64,000 nt of DNA from assembly GCF_013315695.1 (NCBI RefSeq), contig NZ_CP054353.1; one strand, 5' to 3'. Both the position numbers and the translations under genes were made by a program. Below the pieces are notes generated by a model. It was not told the origin of the DNA. It saw only the letters and a program-made list of their open reading frames with translations, and searched no databases. The DNA is from Escherichia coli. Its GTDB lineage: Bacteria; Pseudomonadota; Gammaproteobacteria; Enterobacterales; Enterobacteriaceae. Below are positions 1 through 11,146 of this stretch, piece after piece (position 1 is the first letter of the stretch; every line of letters begins with the position of its first letter).

Positions 1-869
1 TAGTGGGTCAGCGGCGGCTCTTTTGCTGACTTGCGGCCTAAACGCTCCATGCTGCGGGCGATCATATCCAGCATCGGGTAAGGAACCGAACGAATACGAC
101 AGTCAATATTCAACTCGTCGATCAGCTTCTGCACGATGCTGCGCAGTGTGCGATGCTCGCCGTTGGTGATGTTGTACACACGCCCGGAAGGTAGCTTATC
201 GCAGGCTTCCTGGCTTGCCAGCCACATGGCGTGCACGGCATTTTCATAGTAGGTCATATCGACCAGCGCACTGCCGCCGTGCGGTAACAGAATGCTGCCG
301 TAGTGGTGCATCATATGCGCCAGACGGGGGATAAAGACTTTATCGTGCGGTCCGAACAGACTTTGTGGGCGCAGAATAGTAAAGCGCGTTTGTGGATTTG
401 CCTGCGAAAGCATATTGATCACTTCTTCGCTGGCTGCTTTGCTACGGGCAAACTCGTTAGCGAAGCGGTGAGGGCGAAAATCTTCTTTAATATCGCGATG
501 GTGGTGATAATCGAAGTACAGGGAGGGGGAAGAGATATGAATAAAGTTACGCACACCCCAGGCGACAGCCCATTCACCCAGGCGGCGAGTGGCGCGAACG
601 TTAGCCAGATCGAAAGCCTGTTGTGTCCCCCAGGGCGAGGTAAAGCTGGAGCAGTGCCACAGCGTATCAATGCCCGCGAGCATCACTTTAGCTTGTGATG
701 AGACCAGCTCGGTCAGATCCGCCGGAACAAACTCTGCGCCCATTTTTTCCAGCAATTTACCCATTGCCTCGTTGCGACCGGTCGCTCGCACGCTGATGCC
801 TTTCTGGCATAAAAACTCTACCGCGTTTCGACCTAAGCCGCTGGTGGCGCCGGTAACCAGTACCTTCAT
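1..869 (-). CDS. ybjS: NAD(P)-binding epimerase/dehydratase-family protein YbjS, 3' end cut by the window edge
   Basis: Minus-strand translation begins [20 protein letters not shown] (Rossmann GxxGxxG motif). Its position upstream of ybjT matches K-12 order. Confidence 0.7.
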   Translation of the reverse strand, partial: MKVLVTGATSGLGRNAVEFLCQKGISVRATGRNEAMGKLLEKMGAEFVPADLTELVSSQAKVMLAGIDTLWHCSSFTSPWGTQQAFDLANVRATRRLGEWAVAWGVRNFIHISSPSLYFDYHHHRDIKEDFRPHRFANEFARSKAASEEVINMLSQANPQTRFTILRPQSLFGPHDKVFIPRLAHMMHHYGSILLPHGGSALVDMTYYENAVHAMWLASQEACDKLPSGRVYNITNGEHRTLRSIVQKLIDELNIDCRIRSVPYPMLDMIARSMERLGRKSAKEPPLTH

Positions 870-967
870 ATCAATCCACTGTTGTTGAGAAAATAACGTG
901 CGCATTCTTCCGTGATTTCCTCCATGATGCAATGGGAAACATGAAAGAATAACGCAGGTTTTGTCGA

Positions 968-2398
968 TTAATCTGTGCTTTGTTCTGCCAGTCTGGCGAT
1001 TCGTTTTGCCATTCCGCGAAAAATAAACAGATGCGCGGGGATCATCAATAACCAGTAAAACAACCCTGGCATACCGTGCGGATGCCAGAATGCGCGAACA
1101 TCGATAGTACGATAGTCACCTTTATCTTCCAGGGTAAAACACAGTCGTCCCAGCCCCGGCGCTTTCATGCCAAATAACAGCGTAAGTTGTTTTTGCGGTT
1201 CAACGACAATCACTTTCCAGCTATCCACCGCATCTCCGGTCTGCAAATATTCACGCTCCGGGCGGCCTTTTGCCAGCTTATGACCGATCGCGCGGTCCAT
1301 CAGCGCCCGGGTCTGCCACAAAATATTACCAAAGAAATAACGCTCTCTACCGCCGATTTGATTCACCACCTGCCATAAAGCCGCAAGGCTGGCGGACGTT
1401 TTAACGGTAAACCCCGCCTGTTTGGCGAAATAACCGTACTCCGGTCGCCAGCGGGCAAAGGCCTGAGCGTCGTATCCCCAGTCGCTGGAGTTGACCAGCT
1501 TTTCTTCCTCTTTCAGGGTGCGACGTACCGCGTCATCGAAAGCAATCAGCCGTTGTGGGATGAGTGCACGTAACGCGGTGTCATCTGCCAGCAGATCGTG
1601 TTTCAGCCCCTGAATCAACGCTTTGGCGGTGGTGGGCGGTACGGAAGTAATCACATTGAGAAACCACACCGAAATCCAGCGGGTCGGAAAGGGGATGGGG
1701 ATCAACCAGCGGCGCTTACCGCTCACCGCCATAAAATGTTCAAACTGTTGCTGATAACTGAGTACTTCTGGCCCAGCGGCTTCGAAGATGCGATGTTCGC
1801 AGGCCGGATGATCTAACAGCGCCACCAGATAGTGCAGCAGGTTTTCCAGCGCAATGGGCGTGGTGCGTGAACGGACCCAGCGTGGCGGCGTTAACACGGG
1901 CAAGTTGTAAACCATATCGCGCATGACTTCGAACGCCGCTGAACCTGCACCAACGATTATTCCGGCACGCAATTCGGTCACCGGGACACCCGCTTCACGA
2001 AGAATATCCGCCGTAGCCTGACGGGCGCGCAGATGGTCCGACTGCTCATGTGGCGGGGCCTGCAACGAACTGAGAAAGATTAATTGCTTAACTGGGACTT
2101 CACGTAGCGCATCGCGGACGTTGAGGGCCACCTGGCGCTCCTGAGCGATAAAATCGCCGCCTTCGCCCATGCTGTGCACCAGAAAATAGACCGTATCGAT
2201 ATCCTGCAACAGGGCCGGAAGGTTATCCGGCCAGCTGAGATCGACTTTATGGCAACTGACATTTGCCAGTTGCAGCTTTGCAAGCCTGTCGACATGACGT
2301 GCCGCCGCCAGGATCTGATGCCCCTGCTGGCTGAGTGTTCGCACCAGATGCTGACCAATGTAGCCACTGGCACCGAGAACTAAAATGCGTTGCGGCAC
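968..2398 (-). CDS. ybjT: putative NAD-dependent oxidoreductase YbjT
   Basis: The 501-aa track ORF contains the [18 protein letters not shown]... sequence I remember for K-12 YbjT (476 aa). I placed the start at the GTG at 2398; the track ORF begins further upstream. Confidence 0.8.
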   Translation of the reverse strand: MPQRILVLGASGYIGQHLVRTLSQQGHQILAAARHVDRLAKLQLANVSCHKVDLSWPDNLPALLQDIDTVYFLVHSMGEGGDFIAQERQVALNVRDALREVPVKQLIFLSSLQAPPHEQSDHLRARQATADILREAGVPVTELRAGIIVGAGSAAFEVMRDMVYNLPVLTPPRWVRSRTTPIALENLLHYLVALLDHPACEHRIFEAAGPEVLSYQQQFEHFMAVSGKRRWLIPIPFPTRWISVWFLNVITSVPPTTAKALIQGLKHDLLADDTALRALIPQRLIAFDDAVRRTLKEEEKLVNSSDWGYDAQAFARWRPEYGYFAKQAGFTVKTSASLAALWQVVNQIGGRERYFFGNILWQTRALMDRAIGHKLAKGRPEREYLQTGDAVDSWKVIVVEPQKQLTLLFGMKAPGLGRLCFTLEDKGDYRTIDVRAFWHPHGMPGLFYWLLMIPAHLFIFRGMAKRIARLAEQSTD

Positions 2399-2408
2399 GT
2401 CTCCCTCC

Positions 2409-3410
2409 TTAACGCGCCAGGAATGCGCGCCAGTGGGCGGCGACTTCCGCCAGCTGAGCGCGCGAGACGTCAAGATGCGTCACCAGGCGGACAATCGGCG
2501 AGGCGTTAATCAGCACGTTTCTCGCTTTCATGTATTCGCCTAACGCGGCAGCATTTTCTTCCCCGACGCGAACAAACAGCATATTGGTGTCCTGACGCAT
2601 CACATCCGCGCCTGCTTCACGCAGCTGCTCCGCCATCCAGGCAGCGTTGTCGTGGTCTTCCTGCAAGCGCGCAACGTTATTTTTCAGGGCATATATTCCG
2701 GTGGCAGCCAGAATGCCGGACTGGCGCATCCCGCCACCTGTCATTTTCCGCCAGCGAATGGCACGTTTAATGTAATCACGATTACCGACGAGTAATGAAC
2801 CGACTGGCGTCCCAAGACCTTTCGACAGGCAAATGGTGAACGAATCACAATATTGTGTGATCTCTTTCAGTTCGCAGCCGTAAGCCACCACAGCATTAAA
2901 GATGCGCGCACCGTCCACATGCAGCGCCAGATTGCGCTCGCGGGTAAATTCCCATGCTTCTTTGAGGTATTCACGCGGCAGCACTTTGCCGTTGTGAGTG
3001 TTTTCCAGACTGAGTAATTTGGTGCGGGCGAAATGGATATCGTCGGGTTTGATTTTCATCGCCACTTTATCCAGCGGTAGCGTGCCGTCGGCAGCCGCGT
3101 CGATGGGTTGCGGTTGAATACTGCCCAGCACCGCCGCGCCACCGGCTTCAAACAGATAGTTATGCGCGGCCTGACCGACAATATACTCTTCGCCGCGTTC
3201 ACAGTGACTGAGCAGAGCGACCAGGTTGGCCTGAGTGCCGGTAGGCAGAAAAATGGCGGCTTCTTTACCGGAAAGCTCTGCTGCATAGTCCTGCAGAGCA
3301 TTAACGGTAGGGTCGTCTCCGTAAACGTCGTCCCCAACCGGGGCGGCCATCATCGCTTCGAGCATGGCGCGGCTCGGTCGGGTAACGGTATCACTGCGTA
3401 AATCAATCAT
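2409..3410 (-). CDS. ltaE: low-specificity L-threonine aldolase
   Basis: 333-aa ORF starting [40 protein letters not shown], a PLP aldolase. Its place between ybjT and poxB matches K-12. Confidence 0.9.
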   Translation of the reverse strand: MIDLRSDTVTRPSRAMLEAMMAAPVGDDVYGDDPTVNALQDYAAELSGKEAAIFLPTGTQANLVALLSHCERGEEYIVGQAAHNYLFEAGGAAVLGSIQPQPIDAAADGTLPLDKVAMKIKPDDIHFARTKLLSLENTHNGKVLPREYLKEAWEFTRERNLALHVDGARIFNAVVAYGCELKEITQYCDSFTICLSKGLGTPVGSLLVGNRDYIKRAIRWRKMTGGGMRQSGILAATGIYALKNNVARLQEDHDNAAWMAEQLREAGADVMRQDTNMLFVRVGEENAAALGEYMKARNVLINASPIVRLVTHLDVSRAQLAEVAAHWRAFLAR

Positions 3411-3446
3411 GGCATGTCCTTATTATGACGGGAAATGCCACCCTTT

Positions 3447-5165
3447 TTACCTTAGCCAGTTCGTTTTCGCCAGTTCGATCACTTCATCACCGCGTCCGCT
3501 GATGATTGCGCGCAACATATACAAGCTGAAACCTTTGGCCTGTTCGAGTTTGATCTGCGGTGGAATGGCTAATTCTTCTTTGGCTACTACCACATCCACC
3601 AACACCGGACCGTCGATGGAAAAGGCGCGTTGCAGGGCTTCATCGACTTCAGAGGCTTTTTCCACGCGAATACCCGTAATTCCGCACGCTTCGGCAATGC
3701 GGGCAAAGTTGGTGTCGTGCAGCTCAGTACCGTCTGTCAGGTAGCCTCCGGCTTTCATCTCCATCGCCACAAAGCCCAGCACGCTGTTATTAAAGACGAT
3801 AATTTTCACTGGCAATTTCATCTGCATTACTGAGAGGAAATCGCCCATCAACATACTGAAACCGCCATCGCCGCACATGGCGACCACCTGACGTTCCGGC
3901 TCGGTTGCCTGCGCACCCAGCGCCTGCGGCATGGCGTTAGCCATCGAACCGTGGTTAAACGAACCTAACAGACGACGCTTGCCGTTCATTTTCAGATAAC
4001 GTGCCGCCCACACCGTTGGCGTACCAACGTCACAGGTAAAGATGGCGTCATCGGCGGCAAAATGACTAATTTGCTGCGCCAGATATTGCGGGTGAATGGC
4101 TTTCTCGCTCGGTTTAGCTAAATCATCCAGCCCTTTGCGGGCGTCGCGGTAATCTTCCAGCGCTTTATCCAGAAACTTGCGATCGGTTTTTTCTTCCACC
4201 AGTGGCAGCAATGCCCGCAGGGTTGATTTGATATCGCCGACCAGTGCCATATCTACCTTGCTATGCGCGCCGATGCTGGCTGGGTTGATATCAATCTGAA
4301 TAATTTTGGCATCGGTCGGGTAGAACGCGCGGTAGGGAAATTGCGTGCCGAGCAGCACTAACGTATCGGCATTCATCATGGTATGGAAACCTGACGAGAA
4401 GCCGATTAATCCCGTCATTCCGACATCATACGGATTATCGTATTCGACATGCTCTTTACCGCGCAGGGCATGAACAATAGGCGCTTTAATTTTCCCGGCA
4501 AACTCAACTAACTCTTTATGCGCCCCCGCGCAGCCGCTGCCACACATCAGGGCGATATTGCTGGAATAACGCAGCAGTTGCGCCAGTTTGCGTAACTCTT
4601 CTTCTTCCGGCGTCACGACTGGTTGTGGCGCATTATACCAGTGGGTAGTTGCCCCTTCTGGTGCAGGTTTTAACGCCACGTCGCCCGGTAACACGACAAC
4701 GGAAACGCCACGGTTTAGCACTGCTTTGCGCATAGCAATTGCCAGCACTTGTGGGATCTGCTCTGGGCTGGAAACCAGCTCGCAATAGTGACTACATTCG
4801 CGGAATAGCTCTTGTGGGTGGGTTTCCTGGAAATAGCCGCTGCCAATTTCGCTGGAGGGAATATGAGCGGCAATCGCCAGTACCGGAACGTGATTGCGGT
4901 GGCAATCGAACAGGCCGTTGATTAAGTGCAGGTTGCCGGGGCCGCACGATCCGGCACAGACCGCCAGTTCTCCGCTAAGTTGTGCTTCAGCGCCAGCGGC
5001 AAACGCCGCCACTTCTTCATGCCGGGTGGACATCCACTCGATGGTGCCCATGCGATTAAGACTGTCACTAAGACCGTTCAGAGAGTCGCCCGTGACTCCC
5101 CAGATGCGTTTCACTCCTGCCGATTCGAGTGTTTTGGCGATATAAGCTGCAACCGTTTGTTTCAT
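3447..5165 (-). CDS. poxB: pyruvate oxidase (ubiquinone-dependent, TPP/FAD)
   Basis: 572 aa, the same length as K-12 PoxB. N-terminus [35 protein letters not shown]-binding motifs present. Confidence 0.95.
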   Translation of the reverse strand: MKQTVAAYIAKTLESAGVKRIWGVTGDSLNGLSDSLNRMGTIEWMSTRHEEVAAFAAGAEAQLSGELAVCAGSCGPGNLHLINGLFDCHRNHVPVLAIAAHIPSSEIGSGYFQETHPQELFRECSHYCELVSSPEQIPQVLAIAMRKAVLNRGVSVVVLPGDVALKPAPEGATTHWYNAPQPVVTPEEEELRKLAQLLRYSSNIALMCGSGCAGAHKELVEFAGKIKAPIVHALRGKEHVEYDNPYDVGMTGLIGFSSGFHTMMNADTLVLLGTQFPYRAFYPTDAKIIQIDINPASIGAHSKVDMALVGDIKSTLRALLPLVEEKTDRKFLDKALEDYRDARKGLDDLAKPSEKAIHPQYLAQQISHFAADDAIFTCDVGTPTVWAARYLKMNGKRRLLGSFNHGSMANAMPQALGAQATEPERQVVAMCGDGGFSMLMGDFLSVMQMKLPVKIIVFNNSVLGFVAMEMKAGGYLTDGTELHDTNFARIAEACGITGIRVEKASEVDEALQRAFSIDGPVLVDVVVAKEELAIPPQIKLEQAKGFSLYMLRAIISGRGDEVIELAKTNWLR

Positions 5166-5297
5166 GGTTCTCCATCTCCTGAATGTGATAACGGTAACAA
5201 GTTTAGTTCATCTGACGGAGGGGGAAGGGATGGGAGAAAAAGGAGGCACTAACGGTTAAATAGCCCGATGAAAGGAATATCATCGGGCATAAGGCGA

Positions 5298-6266
5298 TTA
5301 TGCGAGAACCAAATCCCCCTGCGGATGGCAGGAGCAGGCCAGTACGTAACCTTCAGCGATTTCGGCGTCGGTCAGCGTCATTGTGCTGCTCACCGTATAT
5401 TCACCGGAAACCACTTTCGTCTTACAGCAGCCGCAAACACCTGCGCGGCAGGCGGCGACAACCGGAACGTTATTGCTTTCCAGCGCCTCCAGTAGCGTGG
5501 TGCCAACCGGGGCGTAAAATTCTCGTGCCGGTTGCAGTTTGGTGAATTTCAGACCGCTGATCGCCGCTTCCGCTACTGGGGTGAAGAATTTCTCTTTAAA
5601 GAAACGCGTCACGCCGAGCGCTTTCACTTCCTGCTCTACCCAATCCATATATGGAGCAGGGCCACAGGTCATCACGGTACGTGAGGCTAAATCAGGGACA
5701 CCTGCCAGCAGTTCGCGAGTGAGACGACCAGCGATAAAGCCTTCGGTAACGTTATTTTCCGCCACCAGCGTTACCGGATAGTTACGCCACTCATCGGCGA
5801 AAATCACATCCTGCGGCGTACGCACGTTGTAGATCACCTGCACATCGGCCTGTGGACGGTTCTTCGCCAGCCAGCGACGCATCGACATAATCGGCGTAAC
5901 GCCGCAGCCTGCCGCCAGCAACAGGAATTTATCTTCTGCTTTATCGTCGCAGGTAAATTCCCCCATCGCGTCCGAAAGCCAGAGATAATCACCGCGTTTT
6001 ACATCGCGCGTCAGCCACTGGGAGCCGACACCGTCATCAATCCGCCGCACAGTCAGGGTGATGTATTCACTCACGCCTGGCGTGGAGGAAATGGTGTAAG
6101 CACGCAGCGTTTCCGCTGAGTTACGCACGCTGACCAGTGCATATTGCCCGGCGCGATATGGGTAGTAATCGTGGCAAATCAGGGAAATCGTCCACACATC
6201 CGGCGTTTCTTGCGTAATGTGATGAACCTGCATCCGCCACGGGCATTGATTCGTTGGCATCGTCAT
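5298..6266 (-). CDS. hcr: NADH oxidoreductase for the hybrid-cluster protein
   Basis: MTMPTNQCPWRMQVHHITQETPDVW..., with a C-terminal 2Fe-2S ferredoxin CxxxxCxxC...C motif. Start set at the second ATG by comparison with K-12. Confidence 0.9.
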   Translation of the reverse strand: MTMPTNQCPWRMQVHHITQETPDVWTISLICHDYYPYRAGQYALVSVRNSAETLRAYTISSTPGVSEYITLTVRRIDDGVGSQWLTRDVKRGDYLWLSDAMGEFTCDDKAEDKFLLLAAGCGVTPIMSMRRWLAKNRPQADVQVIYNVRTPQDVIFADEWRNYPVTLVAENNVTEGFIAGRLTRELLAGVPDLASRTVMTCGPAPYMDWVEQEVKALGVTRFFKEKFFTPVAEAAISGLKFTKLQPAREFYAPVGTTLLEALESNNVPVVAACRAGVCGCCKTKVVSGEYTVSSTMTLTDAEIAEGYVLACSCHPQGDLVLA

Positions 6267-6277
6267 CGACAAACTCC

Positions 6278-7930
6278 TTACGCGCTCAACAGTTGCTTCA
6301 TGTCTTCTTCAACAGTGGTGATAGAACGCAGGCCGAATTTCTCGTTCAGCACCGCCAGCAGGTCTGGTGTCAGGAAACCAGGTGCAGTCGGGCCGGTGAC
6401 GATATTTTTCACACCCAGAGAAAGCAGCGTCAGCAGAATGACAATCGCTTTCTGTTCAAACCAGGAGAGCACCAGCGACAGCGGCAGATCGTTGACTCCG
6501 CAGCCCAGTTTCTCTGCCAGCGTTACCGCCAGAATAATTGCTGAGTAAGCATCGTTACACTGACCAGCATCTACCAGACGCGGCAGACCTTCGATATCGC
6601 CAAACTCAAGTTTATTAAAGCGATATTTACCGCAAGCGAGGGTCAGGATCAGGCAGTCATCCGGCACGCTGGTGGCGAAATCGGTGAAGTAGTGACGCTC
6701 GCCGCGTGCGCCGTCACAGCCGCCAAGCAGGAAGATATGACGCAGTTTTTCACGGCTCACCAGATCAATCAGCGTATCGGCTGCGCCAAGCAGTGTCTGG
6801 CGACCAAAGCCCACGGTGATCAGGTGCGGAATTTCGCTGTACGGGAAGCCCGCCATCTGTTGCGCCTGGGCAATGACCGCAGAGAAATCTTCGCCATCCA
6901 GATGACGCACACCCGGCCAGCCAACGATGCTGCGGGTCCAGATACGATCGTCATAAGCGCCTACGGTTGGGTCGATGATGCAGTTTGAGGTCATCACGAT
7001 GGGGCCAGGGAAACGAGCGAACTCCACTTGCTGATTCTGCCAGCCGCTGCCGTAGTTACCGACCAGATGCTTGAATTTACGCAGCTCCGGGTAACCATGC
7101 GCAGGCAGCATTTCGCCGTGGGTGTAGACATTAACGCCCGTGCCTTCTGTCTGTTCCAGCAGGTTGTAGAGATCTTTGAGATCGTGACCGGAAATCAGAA
7201 TGCATTTACCCGCCGTCGCTTTGACGTTGACCTGGGTTGGCGTCGGGTGACCGTATTTACTGGTTTCGCCTGCATCCAGAATGCTCATCACTTTGAAGTT
7301 CATCTGGCCGATTTCCATTGAACACTCAAGAAGCGCGTTCATATCGGCAGGCCAGGTCCCCAGCCACGCCATGATTTTATGGTACTGGGCATAAATATCA
7401 TTGTCGTATTGACCGAGAACGTGTGCGTGTTCCATATAGGCCGCCGCACCTTTCAGGCCATACAGGCACAGCAGACGCAGGCCGAGAATGTTTTCGCCAA
7501 TCGCCGCTTTATCTTTGTTAGGGGTAAATTCTGCTGCCTGACGTTGCAGCTCGCCGAGATCGTCGCTCACCAGTTGCAGGTCAGCCATCGGGTTATCGAC
7601 GCGGGCGTTGGCATCTACAGCCAGGCAGTGTGCTTTCAGCGCCTCGCGCAGGGCAATCGCTTCACGAGCGTAGCCGACAATACGCGGAGAATCGAAGTTA
7701 ACGTTGGTCAGGGTTGAGAAAAAGGCACGTGGCGCAAAGCTGTCTACATCGTGGTTGATGATGCCGTATTCACGCGCTTTTACCGCCCAGGCCGAAAGCC
7801 CTTGCAGCGCCGCGATGAGTAAATCCTGAAGGTCAGAGGTTTCCGCCGTTTTACCACACATCCCCTGCGCGTATGAGCAGCCGTTTCCTGCCGGAGTACG
7901 GATAGTTTGTTCACATTGCACACAAAACAT
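6278..7930 (-). CDS. hcp: hybrid-cluster protein (hydroxylamine reductase)
   Basis: [27 protein letters not shown]... N-terminal Cys cluster, about 550 aa. Confidence 0.95.
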   Translation of the reverse strand: MFCVQCEQTIRTPAGNGCSYAQGMCGKTAETSDLQDLLIAALQGLSAWAVKAREYGIINHDVDSFAPRAFFSTLTNVNFDSPRIVGYAREAIALREALKAHCLAVDANARVDNPMADLQLVSDDLGELQRQAAEFTPNKDKAAIGENILGLRLLCLYGLKGAAAYMEHAHVLGQYDNDIYAQYHKIMAWLGTWPADMNALLECSMEIGQMNFKVMSILDAGETSKYGHPTPTQVNVKATAGKCILISGHDLKDLYNLLEQTEGTGVNVYTHGEMLPAHGYPELRKFKHLVGNYGSGWQNQQVEFARFPGPIVMTSNCIIDPTVGAYDDRIWTRSIVGWPGVRHLDGEDFSAVIAQAQQMAGFPYSEIPHLITVGFGRQTLLGAADTLIDLVSREKLRHIFLLGGCDGARGERHYFTDFATSVPDDCLILTLACGKYRFNKLEFGDIEGLPRLVDAGQCNDAYSAIILAVTLAEKLGCGVNDLPLSLVLSWFEQKAIVILLTLLSLGVKNIVTGPTAPGFLTPDLLAVLNEKFGLRSITTVEEDMKQLLSA

Positions 7931-7936
7931 GATCAC

Positions 7937-8073
7937 ACCTTTTAAAGTTATATTTAATATACATGTTTAAGGTTAAGACGCTTAACGCGGGGATAAAAGG
8001 GATTTTTCATGCAACTTTAAGGGAGATTGATTTAGCGCAATTTTGGCGGCAGGGATCTACCGCCAGAGAGGTA
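7937..8073 (-). promoter_or_regulatory. hcp upstream region with an FNR-like TTGAT half-site
   Basis: TTGATttagcGCAA sits near 8025-8040 upstream of hcp. hcp is FNR-activated in K-12. Motif assigned by eye only. Confidence 0.25.
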
Positions 8074-8973
8074 TTACGCGGAAAAAAAGGCGATGAGGAT
8101 CGGCACTAACAGGCTGAGAATAAAACCGTGAACAATCGCCGCCGGGACCATATCCAGCCCGCCAGTACGTTGAAGAACGGGCAGGGTGAAATCCATCGAC
8201 GTCGCACCGCATAAGCCCAGTGCAGTAGAGCGGCTACGGCGAATCAGCCCAGGGATTAACATAATAGCAATCAGCTCACGGGCCAGATCATTAAAAAACG
8301 CCGCGCTCCCGATTACTGGACCAAAAGATTCGGTCAATAAAATACCGGAAAGAGAATACCAGCCGAAACCGGAGGCCATTGCCAGCGCGGTATTGATGGG
8401 AAGATCAAGAATAAAGGCGTTAATTAAACCACCAATTAATGAACTGGCAACCACCACCACGGCGACAATCATTCCCCGGCGATTAAGGACAATCTGCTTT
8501 AAGGTCATGCCATTATTGCGCAACTGAATACCGACGAGGAAAAGTAGCAGAATTAAGGTGTATTCACTGGCTTTGGTCGCGTGTTGTAAGAAAGCCAGTC
8601 CACTCAGACCAATGGCAAAACCAATCACTACTACGCCGCACAGTTTTAGCGACTCCAGTGCCATCGCAATACGCGACGGGAGTTTTTCTTGATGATGGTG
8701 GTTGCGCCATGGCAGGCCGCGCTCCAGCCACAACAACGCAATAATATTGCAGAGTAAAATAATGGTAATGCTGACGGAGGAATAATGCAGAATCGCCAAC
8801 AGGTTACTGGCGAGGTTATCGAGAAACGCCAGACTGATACCCATAAAAAAGAGAATGAGGTAAACCATCCAACTTAATAGCTGATTAATAACTCTTAATG
8901 CAGCTTTTTGGCGAAGCGGAATGAGGTAACCCACAATCAGGGGAACCAGAATGATTAACAGCCCAGAAAACAT
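8074..8973 (-). CDS. lysO: lysine exporter LysO (YbjE)
   Basis: Polytopic membrane protein. Sequence MFSGLLIILVPLIVGYLIP matches the K-12 YbjE N-terminus. The start codon (complement cat) is at 8971-8973. Confidence 0.85.
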   Translation of the reverse strand: MFSGLLIILVPLIVGYLIPLRQKAALRVINQLLSWMVYLILFFMGISLAFLDNLASNLLAILHYSSVSITIILLCNIIALLWLERGLPWRNHHHQEKLPSRIAMALESLKLCGVVVIGFAIGLSGLAFLQHATKASEYTLILLLFLVGIQLRNNGMTLKQIVLNRRGMIVAVVVVASSLIGGLINAFILDLPINTALAMASGFGWYSLSGILLTESFGPVIGSAAFFNDLARELIAIMLIPGLIRRSRSTALGLCGATSMDFTLPVLQRTGGLDMVPAAIVHGFILSLLVPILIAFFSA

Positions 8974-9099
8974 GAAAACCCAGTCCTTGCAAAGATGAAG
9001 TCGAAATGCGCGATGACACACTACTGAAAGCGGAAGGACGAGTAAAGTTGCAATTAAAAGGAAATGTTATGCAAAAGGAGCAGTAGAGTATTCGTTTTC

Positions 9100-10450
9100 A
9101 TTTAAAGATGTTCTTGCGCTTTAATTACAAACCGCACCGGTGTTGGTGGCGTCAAAATCGCTGAAGCGTTCCCCGAAGGCCGGGGCAGCCCACATGGATG
9201 TGGGCTGAGGGCGCGTCTTACAAGGATAATGAGATGGACGCTCCAGATTTTACGGTATCAAAGTACCAGACTGGATCGTTGCAATACGTCCTGAAAAATT
9301 AGGGGCGTCCACATGAAAGTATCAACTCTTGGTATCGACCTGGCAAAGAACGTTTTTCAGCTTCATGGTGTCGATCATGAAGGCCATACTATTTTGCGTA
9401 AAAAGCTCACCCGGGCTAAGTTTGTTCAGTTTGTGATTCAACTGGAACCTTGTCTGATTGGCATGGAAGCCTGCTCATCCAGTCATTATTTTGCGCGATT
9501 ATTCACCCGCTATGGTCATGAGGTAAAACTCATACCTCCGCAGTATGTGAAGCCTTATGTGAAAACGAACAAGACGGATGCAGCAGATGCTGAAGCAATC
9601 TGCGAAGCGGTAACCCGTCCGAATATGCGTTTTGTTCAGATAAAAACCGAAGAGCAGCAGGCCGTTTTAGCGTTACACACTGAACGGGGAATACTTATCC
9701 GTGAGCGGATTGCCTGTGCCAATAGTTTAAGAGCCACACTTGCTGAGTTTGGTATTACGATTGCGGCCGGACAAAGCCATTTAACACGTGAGCTGCCAGC
9801 CATTCTGGAGGATGGCGAAAATGGTTTATCTCCCTTTGTCAGAACCAGCATCTACAGACAGTCTAAACATATCCGGGAACTTGAAGAACAAGTTAAACAG
9901 GTAGAAGAAGCTCTGGCCTCCTGGTATAGAACGCAGGAAGCCTGCCAGAGAATGGCCAAGATCCCGGGGGTTGGCATGCTAACGGCCACTTATGTGGTAG
10001 CAGCAGTGGGTAATGCCCGACAATTCAGTACCGCAAAGCAGTTCGCTTCATGGCTGGGGCTGACACCAAAGGAACATTCCAGCGGCGGGAAACAGCAACT
10101 GGGAGGGATCAGCAAACGTGGAGATGGATATTTCCGATACCTGCTGGTTCACGGCGCACGCGCACTTACCGCCTGGGTCAACCGAAACGGCGCGGTTGAG
10201 GAGAATTCCTGGCTTCAGGGACTCCTTGAGCGGAAGCACTACAATGTAGCTGTTGTCGCCATGGCGGCAAAAACAGCGAGGATCATGTGGTCAATGTTGT
10301 CACACAATACTGAATATCAACCTCGGCAGCTCGCCTGACACAAGGTCAGTCAATCTGACGAGGTGCTGAAAAAAAGTTAACGTCCTGGTAGGTGCAGGTG
10401 ACTTCAGAAGATGGCAAAACAGGTAAGACCGCAGGCAGGATACACCGAGA
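9100..10450 (+). mobile_element. IS110-family insertion sequence; ends not resolved (this family has no terminal inverted repeats)
   Basis: A DEDD-type transposase gene is flanked by structured non-coding DNA between lysO and yohP. It sits exactly at a break in K-12 synteny. Confidence 0.6.
9313..10338 (+). CDS. IS110-family transposase/recombinase (DEDD RuvC-like N-domain with a C-terminal Tnp domain)
   Basis: 341 aa. MKVSTLGIDLAKNVFQLHGVD...MEACSSSHYFAR...KTNKTDAADAEAICEA is the canonical IS110/IS1111 N-terminus. RBS aggggcg precedes the ATG. Confidence 0.9.
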   Translation: MKVSTLGIDLAKNVFQLHGVDHEGHTILRKKLTRAKFVQFVIQLEPCLIGMEACSSSHYFARLFTRYGHEVKLIPPQYVKPYVKTNKTDAADAEAICEAVTRPNMRFVQIKTEEQQAVLALHTERGILIRERIACANSLRATLAEFGITIAAGQSHLTRELPAILEDGENGLSPFVRTSIYRQSKHIRELEEQVKQVEEALASWYRTQEACQRMAKIPGVGMLTATYVVAAVGNARQFSTAKQFASWLGLTPKEHSSGGKQQLGGISKRGDGYFRYLLVHGARALTAWVNRNGAVEENSWLQGLLERKHYNVAVVAMAAKTARIMWSMLSHNTEYQPRQLA

Positions 10451-10839
10451 GGTAACAAGGGCAAGTTAGCCCGTAGAGGATGATTGGTACCTGCCTGGCG
10501 GATTTCATCATGGTTCGGGATAAAAATCCCATCAGAAACCGGATATATGGCTGCACCTACCCGTTTTATTACATAACTGAAGAAAGCATTGCATTCCGGG
10601 AGCGTCCATATATGTTACCTCGCGCCCGACCCGGTAGCCGTAAGGGATAAGCCGAGGGCACCGCGCAGCGGCGATTTTGTTCGCCAGAGCCCGGGGGTGC
10701 AGGGGGCGGCGGCGATTGGCCGCCCCCTGCGCGCTCCTTGCGCCAGTGATTATATGAAGCAATGCACATGACAGGAGCGCAACAGGATGAGAGACTGAAC
10801 TATTCTCGTTATTTTCGGACCTGATGACATTAATTAATT

Positions 10840-10923
10840 TTAAAATATCATCTTAAATACGCCAGTCACCACCAGTAGCCCAATCAGGAAAATAATCAAT
10901 ACAGCCCAGAGTATAATTTTCAT
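10840..10923 (-). CDS. yohP: small membrane protein YohP (27 aa)
   Basis: Minus-strand translation is MKIILWAVLIIFLIGLLVVTGVFKMIF, matching K-12 YohP as I remember it. Absent from the ORF track, which lists only ORFs of 60 aa or more. Confidence 0.85.
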   Translation of the reverse strand: MKIILWAVLIIFLIGLLVVTGVFKMIF

Positions 10924-11146
10924 TGGCGTTCCTTTATTTGTGAGTGCTGAATAAGTATAGGAAAAAACGAAGCCCTTTGCCGCTATTCATAAACGATTAA
11001 GATAAATCGGAAGATATCATTCGCTTAGTGTATATTTTTCTGGATATGTCGTTTTATTGCCACTGATGTATTGCCACGCGAAACTAAAAAATATATCGCA
11101 ACACACGGTAATCTCCGCGCACCTTTTCTTACCTGATTATTCCCCC

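Noticed and set aside
303-888. Plus- and minus-strand ORFs (131, 83 and 99 aa) at the window start
   Set aside because: They lie antisense or out of frame within ybjS; Ala/Arg-rich translations typical of GC-rich antisense frames.
9636-10239. Minus-strand ORFs (71 and 63 aa) inside the IS110 transposase gene
   Set aside because: Antisense to a conserved transposase; no independent support.
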